IMG/VR virus record: IMGVR_UViG_3300042569_002502
Reading direction: 5' to 3' (one strand)
DNA length: 64,000 nucleotides
Source of the DNA: a virus
Lineage: Duplodnaviria; Heunggongvirae; Uroviricota; Caudoviricetes
The notes beneath the pieces are model-generated. The model was given only the letters and a program-made list of their open reading frames with translations, was not told the origin of the DNA and searched no databases. Position numbers and translations under genes: made by a program. This document shows positions 9,579-22,000 of the stretch, piece by piece; the first letter of the stretch is position 1; every line of letters begins with the position of its first letter.

Positions 9579-12500
9579 TTATTTCATACTACTTTCTTTT
9601 TGTATAGTTATATCAAATTCTTTGGCAAACTCATTATTTAAAATTGCTCCATATGTTAAAGCAGACTTTGCTACAGGTAAAGCTTTTGCAGCATATTTAA
9701 TAGGCATAGCTTTTTTCCTCACCTCTTCAGCAGATAATGTAGGATCTGTAATATCAAATCCTGTCACTTCTCTAACAAAGTGACTAGTAAACCTAGTATA
9801 ATCTGTTATAAGTCCTATAGCTGGGAACATACTTCCACTCAAAAGACTTTCAAAATTGACAGGATTATAGAAGAAAGAAAGCTCTCCAACAAATTTATCT
9901 ACCACTCTTTGTGAATACCTAAAGAAATTTTTGGTTGCTTTATCTTCTTCATCATCAGGAGCCATAAATCCTAGAGAAATCATCACACCTAATAAAGCCC
10001 CAAGAATAGCTAATTCTTTAATCTCGTTTCTTAGATTGGTTCTAATCATATCAGCAAAATCTTCTTTAGTCATGTTAAGAGTTTCACCTGTTCTTTTTTC
10101 GTATTTTTCAGCAAAATCCTCATACATTTTATCTATCAAAGCAATTCCCTTGTCATTCATTTGAATTAAATTCGTAATATTTGCTGATTTATCACGAATA
10201 GATGTTCCTAAAACATAAGCCAAAAGTCTAATTCTTCCTATATCATATTTCTCCCCTTTAACACCATCTTCATCCACTGTTACAGAAAAATCATCGCTCA
10301 CTTTTCTAAATTCTGAGAAACGTGTATCAGCAAGTTTTGGTATCCAGCTTTTAAATAGCATCATACTATTTGTCCAAACAGACATTGACATTCTGTTAAT
10401 ATCTCCGTCAGACATACCTCCTGTTGCATTTCTAGAAATTCTTCTAGTTAGTTCTGTCAATCTTTGTAACTCCCTTTGATTTGAAAGATCTAATCCAGGA
10501 ATTTCTAATTTACCGTTTACAAGTTTTTTAGTTACAGCTATAGACTTTGTTTTCTTAAGTTCTTCCACCTCTGCTTTTATAGCTTCTTTAGACTGTTTAT
10601 ATTCTGAAGAGGATTTATATCTATTTTTGTATTTGTTTTTTACAAAATCATTAATATTAACAATTCTACCATTATCCACCATCATGTTTTCCAAAAGTGT
10701 GACAAAAATAGACTTTTCAATAAGTTGTTCTGGTTTTCTCATAAAAACCATTAGCATATCCCCTAAATTTTTTCTAGTGAGAGCAGTCATCCCTGCTTCA
10801 TATTTATATATATCTGTAGATGGATCATCTTTTAGAGGCATGAATGTATTAACTAATTGTACAAATATTTCTCTATCTTCTTCATTATCAAATCTTTGTA
10901 CAGCTAATTTAGCTTGATTTTTAAGAAAGTCTCTTGCTTTAAAATAATCACCAGCTTGTGTAGCCACCTGTATATTACCTCCAAACATATTTACAGCTCC
11001 AGATATAAATTCAAACCCTAAAGCTTTTAATTGGAATGCTCTATTTGCTGCGTCCATAGTTTTTACTAAAGATGTAGCAGAAGGCTCCTCATCTATTTTA
11101 AATACTTCTCTGCCTGTAATAGTGTTTACACCATTTTTTACAAAGTTTAACACTTTACCTACATTTAAAGGAGTGTCTGTATCAGAAAGAACATACTTTT
11201 GTCCGTATAACAACACTCTTAAAAAGTCATCATACATTTTAGTGTTTTCTTCATTTCCTGGTATTTCTATTATTTTACCACCTTGTTTAACAACATTTGC
11301 TGATCTATCTGTAGCTAAATGCCCTTTAAATTGCTCTACAGTTTTTACTAATTGTAATTGTCCTTCTACAGCAGAAAGATATTTATACTTTTCCATTTGT
11401 TGGATGTATAAAATCATATTCTTAAAAAGATCTTCGCTTACGTCAGAATAATCATTTACACCATCTTTTCTAGTAAAATCATATGTGTAATACTTAGGAA
11501 CAGAATTTTCTAGTTCACCTGTAAGCTCATTAAAACTTCCAAATCCTACATCATCTGTTTGCATTTTAAGACTCTCTGAAAAATTCTTTAAAGGAGAAAT
11601 ACTATGATCCCAAGCTAGTTCTTCAGCAGCTCCTTTCCTAACAAACGGTAGGAATGTTTTCATCACTTTATTAGTGATATATCCAGCCTCTTTAGCTTCT
11701 TCATTTATACTACCTATGAAATTATAAAGTTCTAAAAGAATTGGATTTTTAAGAATGTTTTTGTATTCTTCTGAATACCATTTTGGGAGAGGATGTCTTT
11801 TAATGATATAGTTATTCCAACCATTAAAGTTTTTATTATCAATATCCCACATCTCTTGAGCTTCTTTAATATTTTTAACTCTTATAGCCTCATTCTCATT
11901 TTTATCACTTGTATATATCTGTCTTTCTATTTTTTTAATTTGATCTTCAAGACGTTTATTAGCTTCTTTTTTATACTCCTCTACATCAATATTGTCTAAA
12001 AGCCATTGTTTATCTCCACCTTCTTTAGCTTTTGCATCCACTTCTTCATGGAATTTTCTGCTATATCTATGAATAAGTTTATTAACAATACCTCCTTTAT
12101 CATCCTTTTGATATATCTGTTGCACTATTGTTCTAAGATCTCCCCCCTGTTCTGCTAATTTCTTCCTAATATCCATTAGTTTTTGTACTCTTTCTAACGA
12201 TGCTTTAGAAGCTTCTCCTTGGGCACCTCTCACCACTTTGTATAACAATTGTAATGCTTTAGAAGGAAGTTCTGATATACCTCTAAAATTAGAAGAAAGT
12301 CCTTTAATAACAGCTTCGGGGGATAGAAGTCCAAATACAAGGTTTCTTTGCCCTACATGTTTATCTGCAAAATCCTGAGCAGCTTTCGTTAATTGTTCTT
12401 TTGATCTGTAAATAGCATTAGATTGGGCCATCAACTGATCATGTATATCTTTTCTTCTTGCTACATCTTCTCTTTCTTCTTCTGTCTTAGCATTTTCCAA

Positions 12501-15500
12501 CATATCCTTTGTATACACAAGGTGGCCTATGTCTCTTCCTATATTTTCAAAAACATCAATAATTCTTAAGTGCACTCTCATCTTCTCTGCAAAATCTGAA
12601 AGTTCTTTATTATTTGAATCGTTAGAAGAAGCTGGTCTATTTTTATAAATAGTGTTATAATCATTTAATAGCTGGTCACCCTCTTCTCTCATAATACCTA
12701 CAACATCAATTAAAGAAGCAATATTATTTTGTCCCTGTAAAAGACGAACAGCTTTTCTAATAGTGTTTAAACGCTCTATTTTAAATAAACGCTCATCATC
12801 ATCTGTTACTTCTTCCTTGCCTATTTGTTTAAGCATGGAATTTAGTTTTTTAATAATATTATCAAGATCTTCATATCCTGTAGATTCTGTTTGTTCAGAA
12901 ACAGGCACAAGTCTAAGATCTTGTATTTTAGTTTTATCTATAGAACCTATAGCTATTCCTTTTAATTCAAGGCCAGAACTCTTATTGCCTTTTTCTTTAT
13001 ACCCAAAATCCATAGCTATTGGAATAGCTCTATTCATTCCAAATTCTTTTATTCCATAAAAGTCTTTAAGAATATTTTTATATGTACCAAGCTGAATATC
13101 AAAGGCTCCTTGTTTAAACCATGCAACATCTTCACCGTTTATTTGCATAAACTTCCAATCAAGAATATGTCCTTTCCCCGAAGGATCTACAGCTAAGAAG
13201 TCTATTGTACCAGCTCTTTTATCTTTAGGATTGTAAACTATAACTTCCGAGAAAACTAATGCATCTTTATCTAATGTTTGTAAAAGACTTACATAATAGT
13301 TTTCCAACATATTATACATTTCTTCAGAAGGAAGATTGAATTTTACAGGTCTTGGATCAGGAGTGGTCTTTTTTGTACCATCTTTATTATAATATCTATT
13401 ATGTATTTCTTCAAAATCAGCATGCCCCTCCACCCCATATTTTCTTTTCATCTCGTTAAAAGCCTTTTCTTCTGGAGTGAATTTTTTATCTTTAAATCTT
13501 TTCTTATACCACTCTTTAACAAGATCTGTCACCCTTTTGGTTATTTTTTGTTTTGTACCATCAGGAAGAGATATTTCATACCAGTTGGTAGACTCATCTG
13601 AATCTGCTAACACTTCATCAGACTTTTCATCACTAACCACTTTGTTAATAGAATTTCTTGTTTCCTGTATTTTTTCTTGCACTTTCTTTTGTGCATCAGA
13701 TAGTTGGTAAAATATTCCTCCTTCAGAAATATCAGAAATGGTTCCTCCCACCTCACCTTCAATCACTCTAGCTCCCACTTCTTCAAATATAGATATGTTG
13801 GATTTTCTATATACACCTCTTATAAGATCTAATATTTTATTCCAAAAGTTTCTAAATAATGATTGAGTGGCTTCCTCCATTAATTCAGGATAGGCTTCTG
13901 TAGCTCCTGCTTTATTAATAATTACTTCCACTAAAAGTTTATCTACAGCTTCTTTCTTTATTTTACGTATATCTGGTTTTCCATTAGGAAGTTTATATAC
14001 ATCTTTATATTGATCATAGACTTGTTTATATATCTTAAATCTATCTATTTTAGAAATCATTTCTGTAACAAGTCTTGGGTCCATTTGTTCTAAAATAGCT
14101 GTTGCTACGTGTACCATTTCTTCTGTGAGAGCAACATCTTCTTTCCCCTCTGCTACAGCAATTATCCCTCTAACAAGATCTGCCAGTCCATTTATTCCTT
14201 TTGTTGTTACGTCTTTATTACCTTTTAAATAATCAGAAAGCTGCTGAATACTAATACCCATTTTTTTAGCAGCTTCCTTCACCTTAGAAAGTGTTTCAGC
14301 AGAAGCCTTAGAAGCAGGCATTCCTTCTTTTTGTAAAAGAATTTGTTTCTGTTCTCTTTCAGGAACAATTTCTACTTCATTCCATGTATTACCATATTCA
14401 TCTGTAATTTGTTTTACATTATCCTTTCCGTATTGTTTATTTAAAATATTCTTTACAGTGTTCTCATAGAAGTTGTATATAGGTTTTAAAGCACCAAAAC
14501 CATTTTTTTCAACATCTTCAAGCTCTTTTTTAAGTTGATTTATTTCATTTTTAGTTTCTTCTGAAAACTTACTTTTTAAAGATTCAATTTCTTCTTTAGT
14601 AGCTGTTTTTTCTCTACCTGTTTCATTGCTTACTTTTCTCCAAGTTAAAACCTCATTACCATTTTCATCTTCTAAATATCTTTGAATATAATAAAATCCA
14701 TCAACATTTTTATTTTTTAAAATACTAGATTCTTCAAGTTCTTTAATTCTATTTTCTTTTTGTTTCTTAAACTCTTCTAATGTTGTATGTCCTTCTACTT
14801 TACTAGCTGTATTACCAGAAGGGAATAACACTTTCTCATATCCTTTTTTAGCACTATCTTGTAGAATAGATTTAATAAAGAATGTAACCCAGTTAGAGTT
14901 TTTGTTTAGAAGTTGGAGGAATTGATTATCTGAACTATTATCTCCTCTTTCATCAAATCTTTTTTCTAACGCACTTCTTCTTAAAGTAGCTGTTTTACCT
15001 TCTTGATTTGAAATTGTAATTAATTCATAAAGATTAGAATCTGTGTCAATATTTGTAACTGTAAACTTTTCACCATTAGATATAAATGTATCTCCTACTT
15101 TTTTAATATCAAGCTTTTTAGAAAGAACTTTACTATCTCTACCCTTCTGAAAAAGATCAGATTGTACTTCTAGTATTCTACGAGTTGTAGTAGGTGTACC
15201 TCCAACACCAGGAATGCCATTTTTTTCTAATTCTTTAGCTGCTTGAGCACCTTCAGTATCTCTAACTTCTTCTATTTCTTGAGGTAGTGCTTTTCTATTT
15301 TGAATACCAACTATAGAATCATCACTTCTAAACCAACCAATACCTTGATCTGTAGCAAACTGAGCATGTCCTTTAATAGAAGGAGTAATAGCTGGTGTAG
15401 CTATTTCATTTTCTGTATAATTGGTTCCTCCTGGAACTGTTAGGTTAGAATATACAGAACTATTATTAGCAGCTCTTTGAGTATTAAAAGCTCTGTTAGC

Positions 15501-16031
15501 CTCTTCTAATGTTTTAAAAATTGCTATATCAGGATCCCCATCTTCTGTAATATATTCAATAAAATAATCCCCAACTTCAGCTCCTAAAGCCATAGCAGAA
15601 TTTTCATCGGTTATTTGTTTAGGTTCAGAACTTTTACCATAAATATCAGAACCTATTTTATTTTTAGCAACATTAATCTCAATAGCATAACTATAATTAG
15701 CTAACATGTTGGTAATCAACTCATTACGATCTGTTGTATTAAATGATTTGAGAAGTTCTATTTGGTCTTTAGGAATACTAAGATCAGATTGTACCTTGTT
15801 CCAAAAAGCATCTCCTTTCACTCTATTCTTTTCTAAGGAAGAAAAAAGTTTAATAGCCTTCTCAGATTGTAAAGCATCTACAGATTTTAATCCAGCTTTA
15901 ACAATAGAACTTTTACTCTCACTTTCAGGAACATTTCCTTCATAAAGATCCCATAAAGCATAAGCAACATTCTCTCCTCTAGCTGCTACTAACAATTTCC
16001 AAGAATCAAGATTTATATTAGGACATGCCAT
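9579..16031 (-). CDS. giant virion (ejected cargo-type) protein, 2150 aa, with C-terminal hydrophobic segments
   Basis: Uninterrupted 6.45 kb ORF with ATG start. Extensive coiled-coil/charged regions. The C-terminal approx. 150 aa contain hydrophobic helices (LAILGALLGVMISLGF, FPAIGLIT). It begins 3 nt after the 4157-aa gene stop. Confidence 0.65.
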   Translation of the reverse strand: MACPNINLDSWKLLVAARGENVAYALWDLYEGNVPESESKSSIVKAGLKSVDALQSEKAIKLFSSLEKNRVKGDAFWNKVQSDLSIPKDQIELLKSFNTTDRNELITNMLANYSYAIEINVAKNKIGSDIYGKSSEPKQITDENSAMALGAEVGDYFIEYITEDGDPDIAIFKTLEEANRAFNTQRAANNSSVYSNLTVPGGTNYTENEIATPAITPSIKGHAQFATDQGIGWFRSDDSIVGIQNRKALPQEIEEVRDTEGAQAAKELEKNGIPGVGGTPTTTRRILEVQSDLFQKGRDSKVLSKKLDIKKVGDTFISNGEKFTVTNIDTDSNLYELITISNQEGKTATLRRSALEKRFDERGDNSSDNQFLQLLNKNSNWVTFFIKSILQDSAKKGYEKVLFPSGNTASKVEGHTTLEEFKKQKENRIKELEESSILKNKNVDGFYYIQRYLEDENGNEVLTWRKVSNETGREKTATKEEIESLKSKFSEETKNEINQLKKELEDVEKNGFGALKPIYNFYENTVKNILNKQYGKDNVKQITDEYGNTWNEVEIVPEREQKQILLQKEGMPASKASAETLSKVKEAAKKMGISIQQLSDYLKGNKDVTTKGINGLADLVRGIIAVAEGKEDVALTEEMVHVATAILEQMDPRLVTEMISKIDRFKIYKQVYDQYKDVYKLPNGKPDIRKIKKEAVDKLLVEVIINKAGATEAYPELMEEATQSLFRNFWNKILDLIRGVYRKSNISIFEEVGARVIEGEVGGTISDISEGGIFYQLSDAQKKVQEKIQETRNSINKVVSDEKSDEVLADSDESTNWYEISLPDGTKQKITKRVTDLVKEWYKKRFKDKKFTPEEKAFNEMKRKYGVEGHADFEEIHNRYYNKDGTKKTTPDPRPVKFNLPSEEMYNMLENYYVSLLQTLDKDALVFSEVIVYNPKDKRAGTIDFLAVDPSGKGHILDWKFMQINGEDVAWFKQGAFDIQLGTYKNILKDFYGIKEFGMNRAIPIAMDFGYKEKGNKSSGLELKGIAIGSIDKTKIQDLRLVPVSEQTESTGYEDLDNIIKKLNSMLKQIGKEEVTDDDERLFKIERLNTIRKAVRLLQGQNNIASLIDVVGIMREEGDQLLNDYNTIYKNRPASSNDSNNKELSDFAEKMRVHLRIIDVFENIGRDIGHLVYTKDMLENAKTEEEREDVARRKDIHDQLMAQSNAIYRSKEQLTKAAQDFADKHVGQRNLVFGLLSPEAVIKGLSSNFRGISELPSKALQLLYKVVRGAQGEASKASLERVQKLMDIRKKLAEQGGDLRTIVQQIYQKDDKGGIVNKLIHRYSRKFHEEVDAKAKEGGDKQWLLDNIDVEEYKKEANKRLEDQIKKIERQIYTSDKNENEAIRVKNIKEAQEMWDIDNKNFNGWNNYIIKRHPLPKWYSEEYKNILKNPILLELYNFIGSINEEAKEAGYITNKVMKTFLPFVRKGAAEELAWDHSISPLKNFSESLKMQTDDVGFGSFNELTGELENSVPKYYTYDFTRKDGVNDYSDVSEDLFKNMILYIQQMEKYKYLSAVEGQLQLVKTVEQFKGHLATDRSANVVKQGGKIIEIPGNEENTKMYDDFLRVLLYGQKYVLSDTDTPLNVGKVLNFVKNGVNTITGREVFKIDEEPSATSLVKTMDAANRAFQLKALGFEFISGAVNMFGGNIQVATQAGDYFKARDFLKNQAKLAVQRFDNEEDREIFVQLVNTFMPLKDDPSTDIYKYEAGMTALTRKNLGDMLMVFMRKPEQLIEKSIFVTLLENMMVDNGRIVNINDFVKNKYKNRYKSSSEYKQSKEAIKAEVEELKKTKSIAVTKKLVNGKLEIPGLDLSNQRELQRLTELTRRISRNATGGMSDGDINRMSMSVWTNSMMLFKSWIPKLADTRFSEFRKVSDDFSVTVDEDGVKGEKYDIGRIRLLAYVLGTSIRDKSANITNLIQMNDKGIALIDKMYEDFAEKYEKRTGETLNMTKEDFADMIRTNLRNEIKELAILGALLGVMISLGFMAPDDEEDKATKNFFRYSQRVVDKFVGELSFFYNPVNFESLLSGSMFPAIGLITDYTRFTSHFVREVTGFDITDPTLSAEEVRKKAMPIKYAAKALPVAKSALTYGAILNNEFAKEFDITIQKESSMK

Positions 16032-16034
16032 ATT

Positions 16035-19000
16035 TTAACATTTATTATTTTTAATTATTGTTCCTGCTTCAGCCAATGTGTAGCCCATGTCTACAAGCAT
16101 TTTTGTGTTTAATTGCTCAGATGAATATGTTTTTCCATCTTTAAGAGACACTGTTTTTTCAGTAGTTGTAGACTCCAAAGATACTAAATTTTCATCTAAA
16201 TATGATAAAATTTCATCATCTTCTTTTTCTTGTTCCACTTTTAAAAATCCATTATCTATCTTAGATTTTTTAGCTACATCATACATTTCTACAGCCCTGA
16301 AAGAGTCTCCCCAAGCATTAACCATTTTATAAATATATTCAGTAATAACAATATTTTGTCCATCTTTATTCATTGTATATTCATTAGTAAATGGTATATC
16401 TCCGCTATATATTTTTTTGAAAAGTCCTTTTTTAATATAAGAATAATCACCCTTCTTTCTCATAGCTTCTTTCTCATATTTATTTCCCACTTCCCATGTA
16501 AACACAACATAGTCAGAGTCTGCTTCCCTGGATTTTGTATTAAACTTAATCAATTGAGGAATATCTCCAGTTTCCATAGGTTTATTAAACCCAGATAAAT
16601 TTCTAAAAAAATCAAAATTTTTATATCTCCAATTACCAAATTGATCTTGTTTTTTAACTAGTCTTCTACTAGGAACAACATCTCCATCATTCCAATTATT
16701 TCTTTGAAAAACTCCTAATTTATAAAAATCATTAAGATTTGGAATTGTCTCAAGCTTTGATAGGGTCTTATTGTAGATTTCTTTAAAATCTTCATAAGGA
16801 ATAAGAGATGTAAATGATATTGGAGACCTATTTAATCCAGATTGCAAAACAGCGAGCCTAACTAAGTTTCCATATAAAGGACTTTTTATACCTTTAAAGT
16901 ATTGTTTTAGTTCTTCAAAAGCATAGATAATTTGATTTTGATCATACACTTTATTATCTCTACCAACAATCTTTAAATTGTTTGTTCCGTTTTCTAGTTT
17001 TTGAGAAAATACAGGAACAAGACTATTTATTAAAATATTATCTTTTAAAGGATGTTTGCTAGATTTTTTAACATCTACAATAAAATCTGACATTTGTTTA
17101 GCCACATTGTTATTTTCTAAAAGAATTCTTTGTACCATTGTATTAAGATCTCTATCATTCTGCACTGCCCAATCAAAAAGATCATTCACTGCCTTTTGAG
17201 AAATTTTAACAAAATCCCTATCCGATTCATTTATATACGGAAGTAACACTTTTTCCATAACTCCTCTAACATTAGTTTGGTCAGAAACAAGTATTGTAGA
17301 AAGAGCATTTCTTAATTTAAGCAATAAATCACTTAAATTTCCTATGAAAGAATTTTCTAATATATCATCTACAGAAGATATAATAGATGTTTTTGCTTTT
17401 TTAAGTTGTTCCATTTTCTTAAATACTAAAAATGGATCATTAAAAGAAGCTGTATCAAAATTAGAACCCTGTGTAACTAAGTATAGCTGATTAGCCATCT
17501 TAGCATACTTAACAAACTCAGATAGGATAAATCTTTGATCTGCTTTCTGCTCTGGAGATAAATTTTCTCCTTCTCCAATCATATCCCATAATTTACTCTT
17601 GCTAGGTATTTTAGTGGGCTTTGTAATAGATGAATCATATTTAGAAATAACATCTTCAAATATGTCCCCAATAAATAACCAAGAATACCCAGACCTTTCT
17701 ATGGATTTTAAATAATCTCTCACAATGGGTTGGTTCATGAAATAAGCAATAGTGTCGATTGGTACACCTATCTTAGCTAAAAACAACCATGTACTAGCTA
17801 CATTAGGAGTGGCTCCTAATTCCATAATCCAGGGTCCTTTAGATATATCCACATATCCATCAATAAACTGTCCATTTATATCTGATATATCTTGGCCTTC
17901 TGCATTTTCTATCATAGAAAGTGTAGGAACTTTTTCTCCATCCACTTCTATACTGTTATACTGTTCAAAGTTAATTTCTGCATCACCCAACCACTCTCTG
18001 TCAGCAGCATCCTGTATTGCTAATTTATTTTTATCTATGTAAATAGGAGATCTCTGATTTAATGAGTGATTAGTTTGACTTACAGCAGCAATACCAATAG
18101 CATATTTACCACTAACAAATGCTTGTCTAAGTCTTGACATAAACACCCTGTTTAGCATGTTTCCTGTAGAATCATAGTTAAAAGCCCCCACTCCTAATTT
18201 ATCAGAGATTTTTTTAGATAAATCTTTAAGTTGATCTGCGGAGTTTGGAGAAGTAAGTCTTTTGAAATTTTTAGGATGAGAAACAAGTTTTTCACAAGAC
18301 TCTATATATTCATTTTCTAAAGACTCTTTGTACATTTTGTCTTTAAACTCTTCTAATAAAATCTGCTGTACATCCCAATTAGTTAATTCAGAAAGTTTTT
18401 TACCAAGTTTTTCTAATCTTTTTATAAAAATTTCCTCAATATCAGCAACTAATAATTTACCGTCTTCAGTTTCTTTTTCAAACATTTGTTTAAAAATAGG
18501 AATCCATTTATTAGCTGTTTTGTCACTAGATATTCCCAAAGAAATATCACTGAATAAAGACTGTAAATCAGCTGTAGATATTTTTTTAGCTTCTGCTTTA
18601 TCTATTTTGCTTTGTAAAATATCAAAGAAAATATCTTCATATTTATTTTTGTTATTAGGATCTATACCAAAAAATGGTACAATCTCTATATTTCCTTTAG
18701 CATTTTTAAATACGTTTTTAAAGTATATAGAAAGTTTATCTATATCAAAGTCAGATCCCACTTTCTGAACCAATGCTGAGGGAATTACAACAGAGTCTCC
18801 AAATTCCTTAGGAAGAAATCTTTTAATTTTAAAAACATCAATAGAGTTTTGCTTTTGTGTAGGAATACGGTATGCAAGTCCAGATAGAATTTTTTGTCCT
18901 TCTGGAGTTTCATTTAAATATTTTAAAAGCTCTTCGTCAGACAAATCACTCTTAAACCATCTACCCACCATTATTTCACACACACGTTTACCATCCTCAT

Positions 19001-22000
19001 CCTTATAAAACTCAAGAGTGTCAGATGTATATCCTAGTTTTCCGTTAATTTCTCTTAATTCTGTTTTTGTAGATTCTAATAAAGCAGCAGGAATTTGTAC
19101 TTTTAATCCACCAGAAATTTTAGGAGAAATTACTTCCTTATCTGCTATGGAATATAAAATATTTCTTATTTGTTGGTAGGCAGGTGTGGCCTCTAATATT
19201 ACAGAACCTTGTGCATAATTTCTTACAGCCTCACTTATATTATCATTAACCTCTCTTTTTAATAACTCTTGTCTTAAAAACTCTGCAACTTTTTCAACAT
19301 TATCTGGTTCAATAACATATCCATCAGTAGTTTCTGTTATATGCAATTTATTCAATAAAGAGTTATATCCTTCTGTAGCAATAGCTTCTAAAAGATTTTG
19401 ATTGTTTTTTATTTCTTTATAAAGAGTAGATTCTTTTATTCTACCTTCTTCGTCTAATGCATACCAAGCTTTATACCTTTCTGGAAATGTTTTTGTTTCT
19501 TCAAAGTCTACAGGAACTCCTGCTTCCATATAATCCATAGTGATGAGTTTTGTCACCTGGGATCCTCTAGTTACCAAAGGAGTGTCTTTAGAAGGCACTT
19601 CAGATTGAACACTCATTATGTCAAAAGGAACATTGAACACTCCTTCAAACTCATTAGTGTTAAAACTACCATCCTCGTTATATACAGAATTAGTTTTTTC
19701 AGCTCCCACTTTTCTAGCACTCTTAAACACTACATAATCAATGTTTTCTTCCTGCATTTTATCATAAAGCTTTAATGCGTTGGAAGAAGCATTTATCTCA
19801 TACATCACTCTATATGATAATGGATATAATGCAAACTTGTCTAGCATTACATCATTGTAATTTTTACCATTATCTTTATTTCCAGCTACAATAGGTTTAA
19901 CTGGTGTATAAGCACTCTTTGCAGCAGGATTCTTATTAAGAAGCTTTTGTAACTCTTCCTTAGAGGCTCCTGATTTAGCAGCTTCTTCAAATTTAATATC
20001 AAACTTATATTGAAGCTCTTCGTTTTCATTCCATTCTCCAGAACGAATTCTAAAATTTCTATACGCTTTAAAAGAAATTATACCACTACCATCCGTTTCT
20101 TCATATTCTTTATATCCAGGAAGATCAATCACTCCTACAATATCAGCTAGTGTTGTGGTCTTAAAGTAATTTTTATTAAAATCTGTATACCCTAAATCTC
20201 CTTTTTTAAAGCCTTTATTCCAAACATTATTTAATAGTGAATTTATATTGTCTGATCCTAATAAACGTTGTCTAGGAGAGAGAAAGTTTTTAATACGTTT
20301 TAATTCATCGCTGTATTGATAAGGATCTGAATATAATAACTTATGAAGTTCTATATTGTTAATCATAAAGTTGATATTCAAAGCTGTCAACTCTCTGTTT
20401 AAATCATCAATATTTTCAAACACAGACTCTGAAAGTGCTATGTTTTCCACTTCCCAGCCTAAATCTGTTTTATTTATAATACCATAAGAAAGTAAATTAT
20501 TTCTAAATTTATTTACATCTTCCTCAATAAAACTCTTTAGAGCAGCATTAATTTTTGACTCATATTTTTTATAAACTTCTTCTGGAGTTCCAGTTTCTTT
20601 CACAATATCATTATGCAACTTCTCTCCAAGAATAGGTTTAAAGAATCTAAGATCTGTACTTTTTCTAGTTTTTGTCTCTTTTGTGTTTCTATTTACATCT
20701 CTAGATAATAGTAATTCTGAAATAAAATATCCTTTAAATATTTTATTAACATCTTCCATTCCTGTAGCTCTTAATCTTTTTACAGAAACATGATTACCCA
20801 TATATGCCATCCATTCCATAGAAGCATCTCCAGGGACAAGATTCATATAATATCCATTAAGATTTAAATTAATTTCTTGTATTAATCTTTCTCTATAGGT
20901 TAACTTAGAAGATTCTTTTTTCTTACCACTCTGTTCATTAATTGTACCATCTACATATCCTATAGATAAATAGTTTTCAATATCTTCTCTTTTTTCCCCT
21001 GTCTCTAAATTAAACATTTTGTTTAATATAACAGAATTCTTAACAAAAGAATCTGTTAATAAATACTGATATTGAGCGGGAACATCATTTAAATTGTTAA
21101 CCTGAGAAAGTACATCGTAAAGATCACTACCAGGATTGGTTCCTATAAAAGACTGCACTCTTTCTCCATTAAGATTGAAATATGTACTGTCAAATTCTGG
21201 AGTGGTAATTATTGCTTTTATTGTAGCTAGTTTTAATAGCTGGCCCTCAATATCTAACACCTTACCAGATATAGTGGCTATTTCTTTAGCTTGCTCAATA
21301 CTTGTTCTAATACCATCTACAGCTGTGTTAAATACTTTTAATTTATCACTGTTAAGAGATTTTAATTCTTCCTCTGTAAAAGATATTCCTAATTTTTCTA
21401 AAAACGCTATTCTTGCTGATGCACTTAAAAGAGTTTTAGGAACAGATTTAGGCTCTCCTTTAAATCTTCTAGTCTTATCATCATATACAAAATAAGAACT
21501 TTTCTTAGTTTTTATTGCATCAACTATTTGAGAAATAAAATCTGATCTTAATTGTCTTGCTGCAGAAGAAAGATTTGAATCTCCTATTACAACATCATCA
21601 TTAGAAAGAATAAACACTGCTTTTACATCAGCATTCATTTTCTTAAATGTTTTCCAGAATGAAGCAAGTAATTGGGCCTCATGTGGTTCTGTTAAATTAG
21701 AATAATCAATTCCTTTAACAGTTATAGCAGATTTAGTAAGTCTTTCATATAATGTTTTATAATTATTATCTTTTAAACCTAATTCTTTAAGTCCTTGTAA
21801 CATTTCTTCTATAGTCTTGGCACTATGAACTTGGTTCATTACTTTCATAAAAACCTCACTAGTAGGAATTAACTTAGCACCATTCACTGTAGAACGGTCC
21901 ATATTACCATCTCTATCCACTCTAGCAACAGTGGATAATAACATTTTTATAGCTGCATTAGCCTTTTTAAAATTGTCAATTTTTCTAGCATCTTGATAAT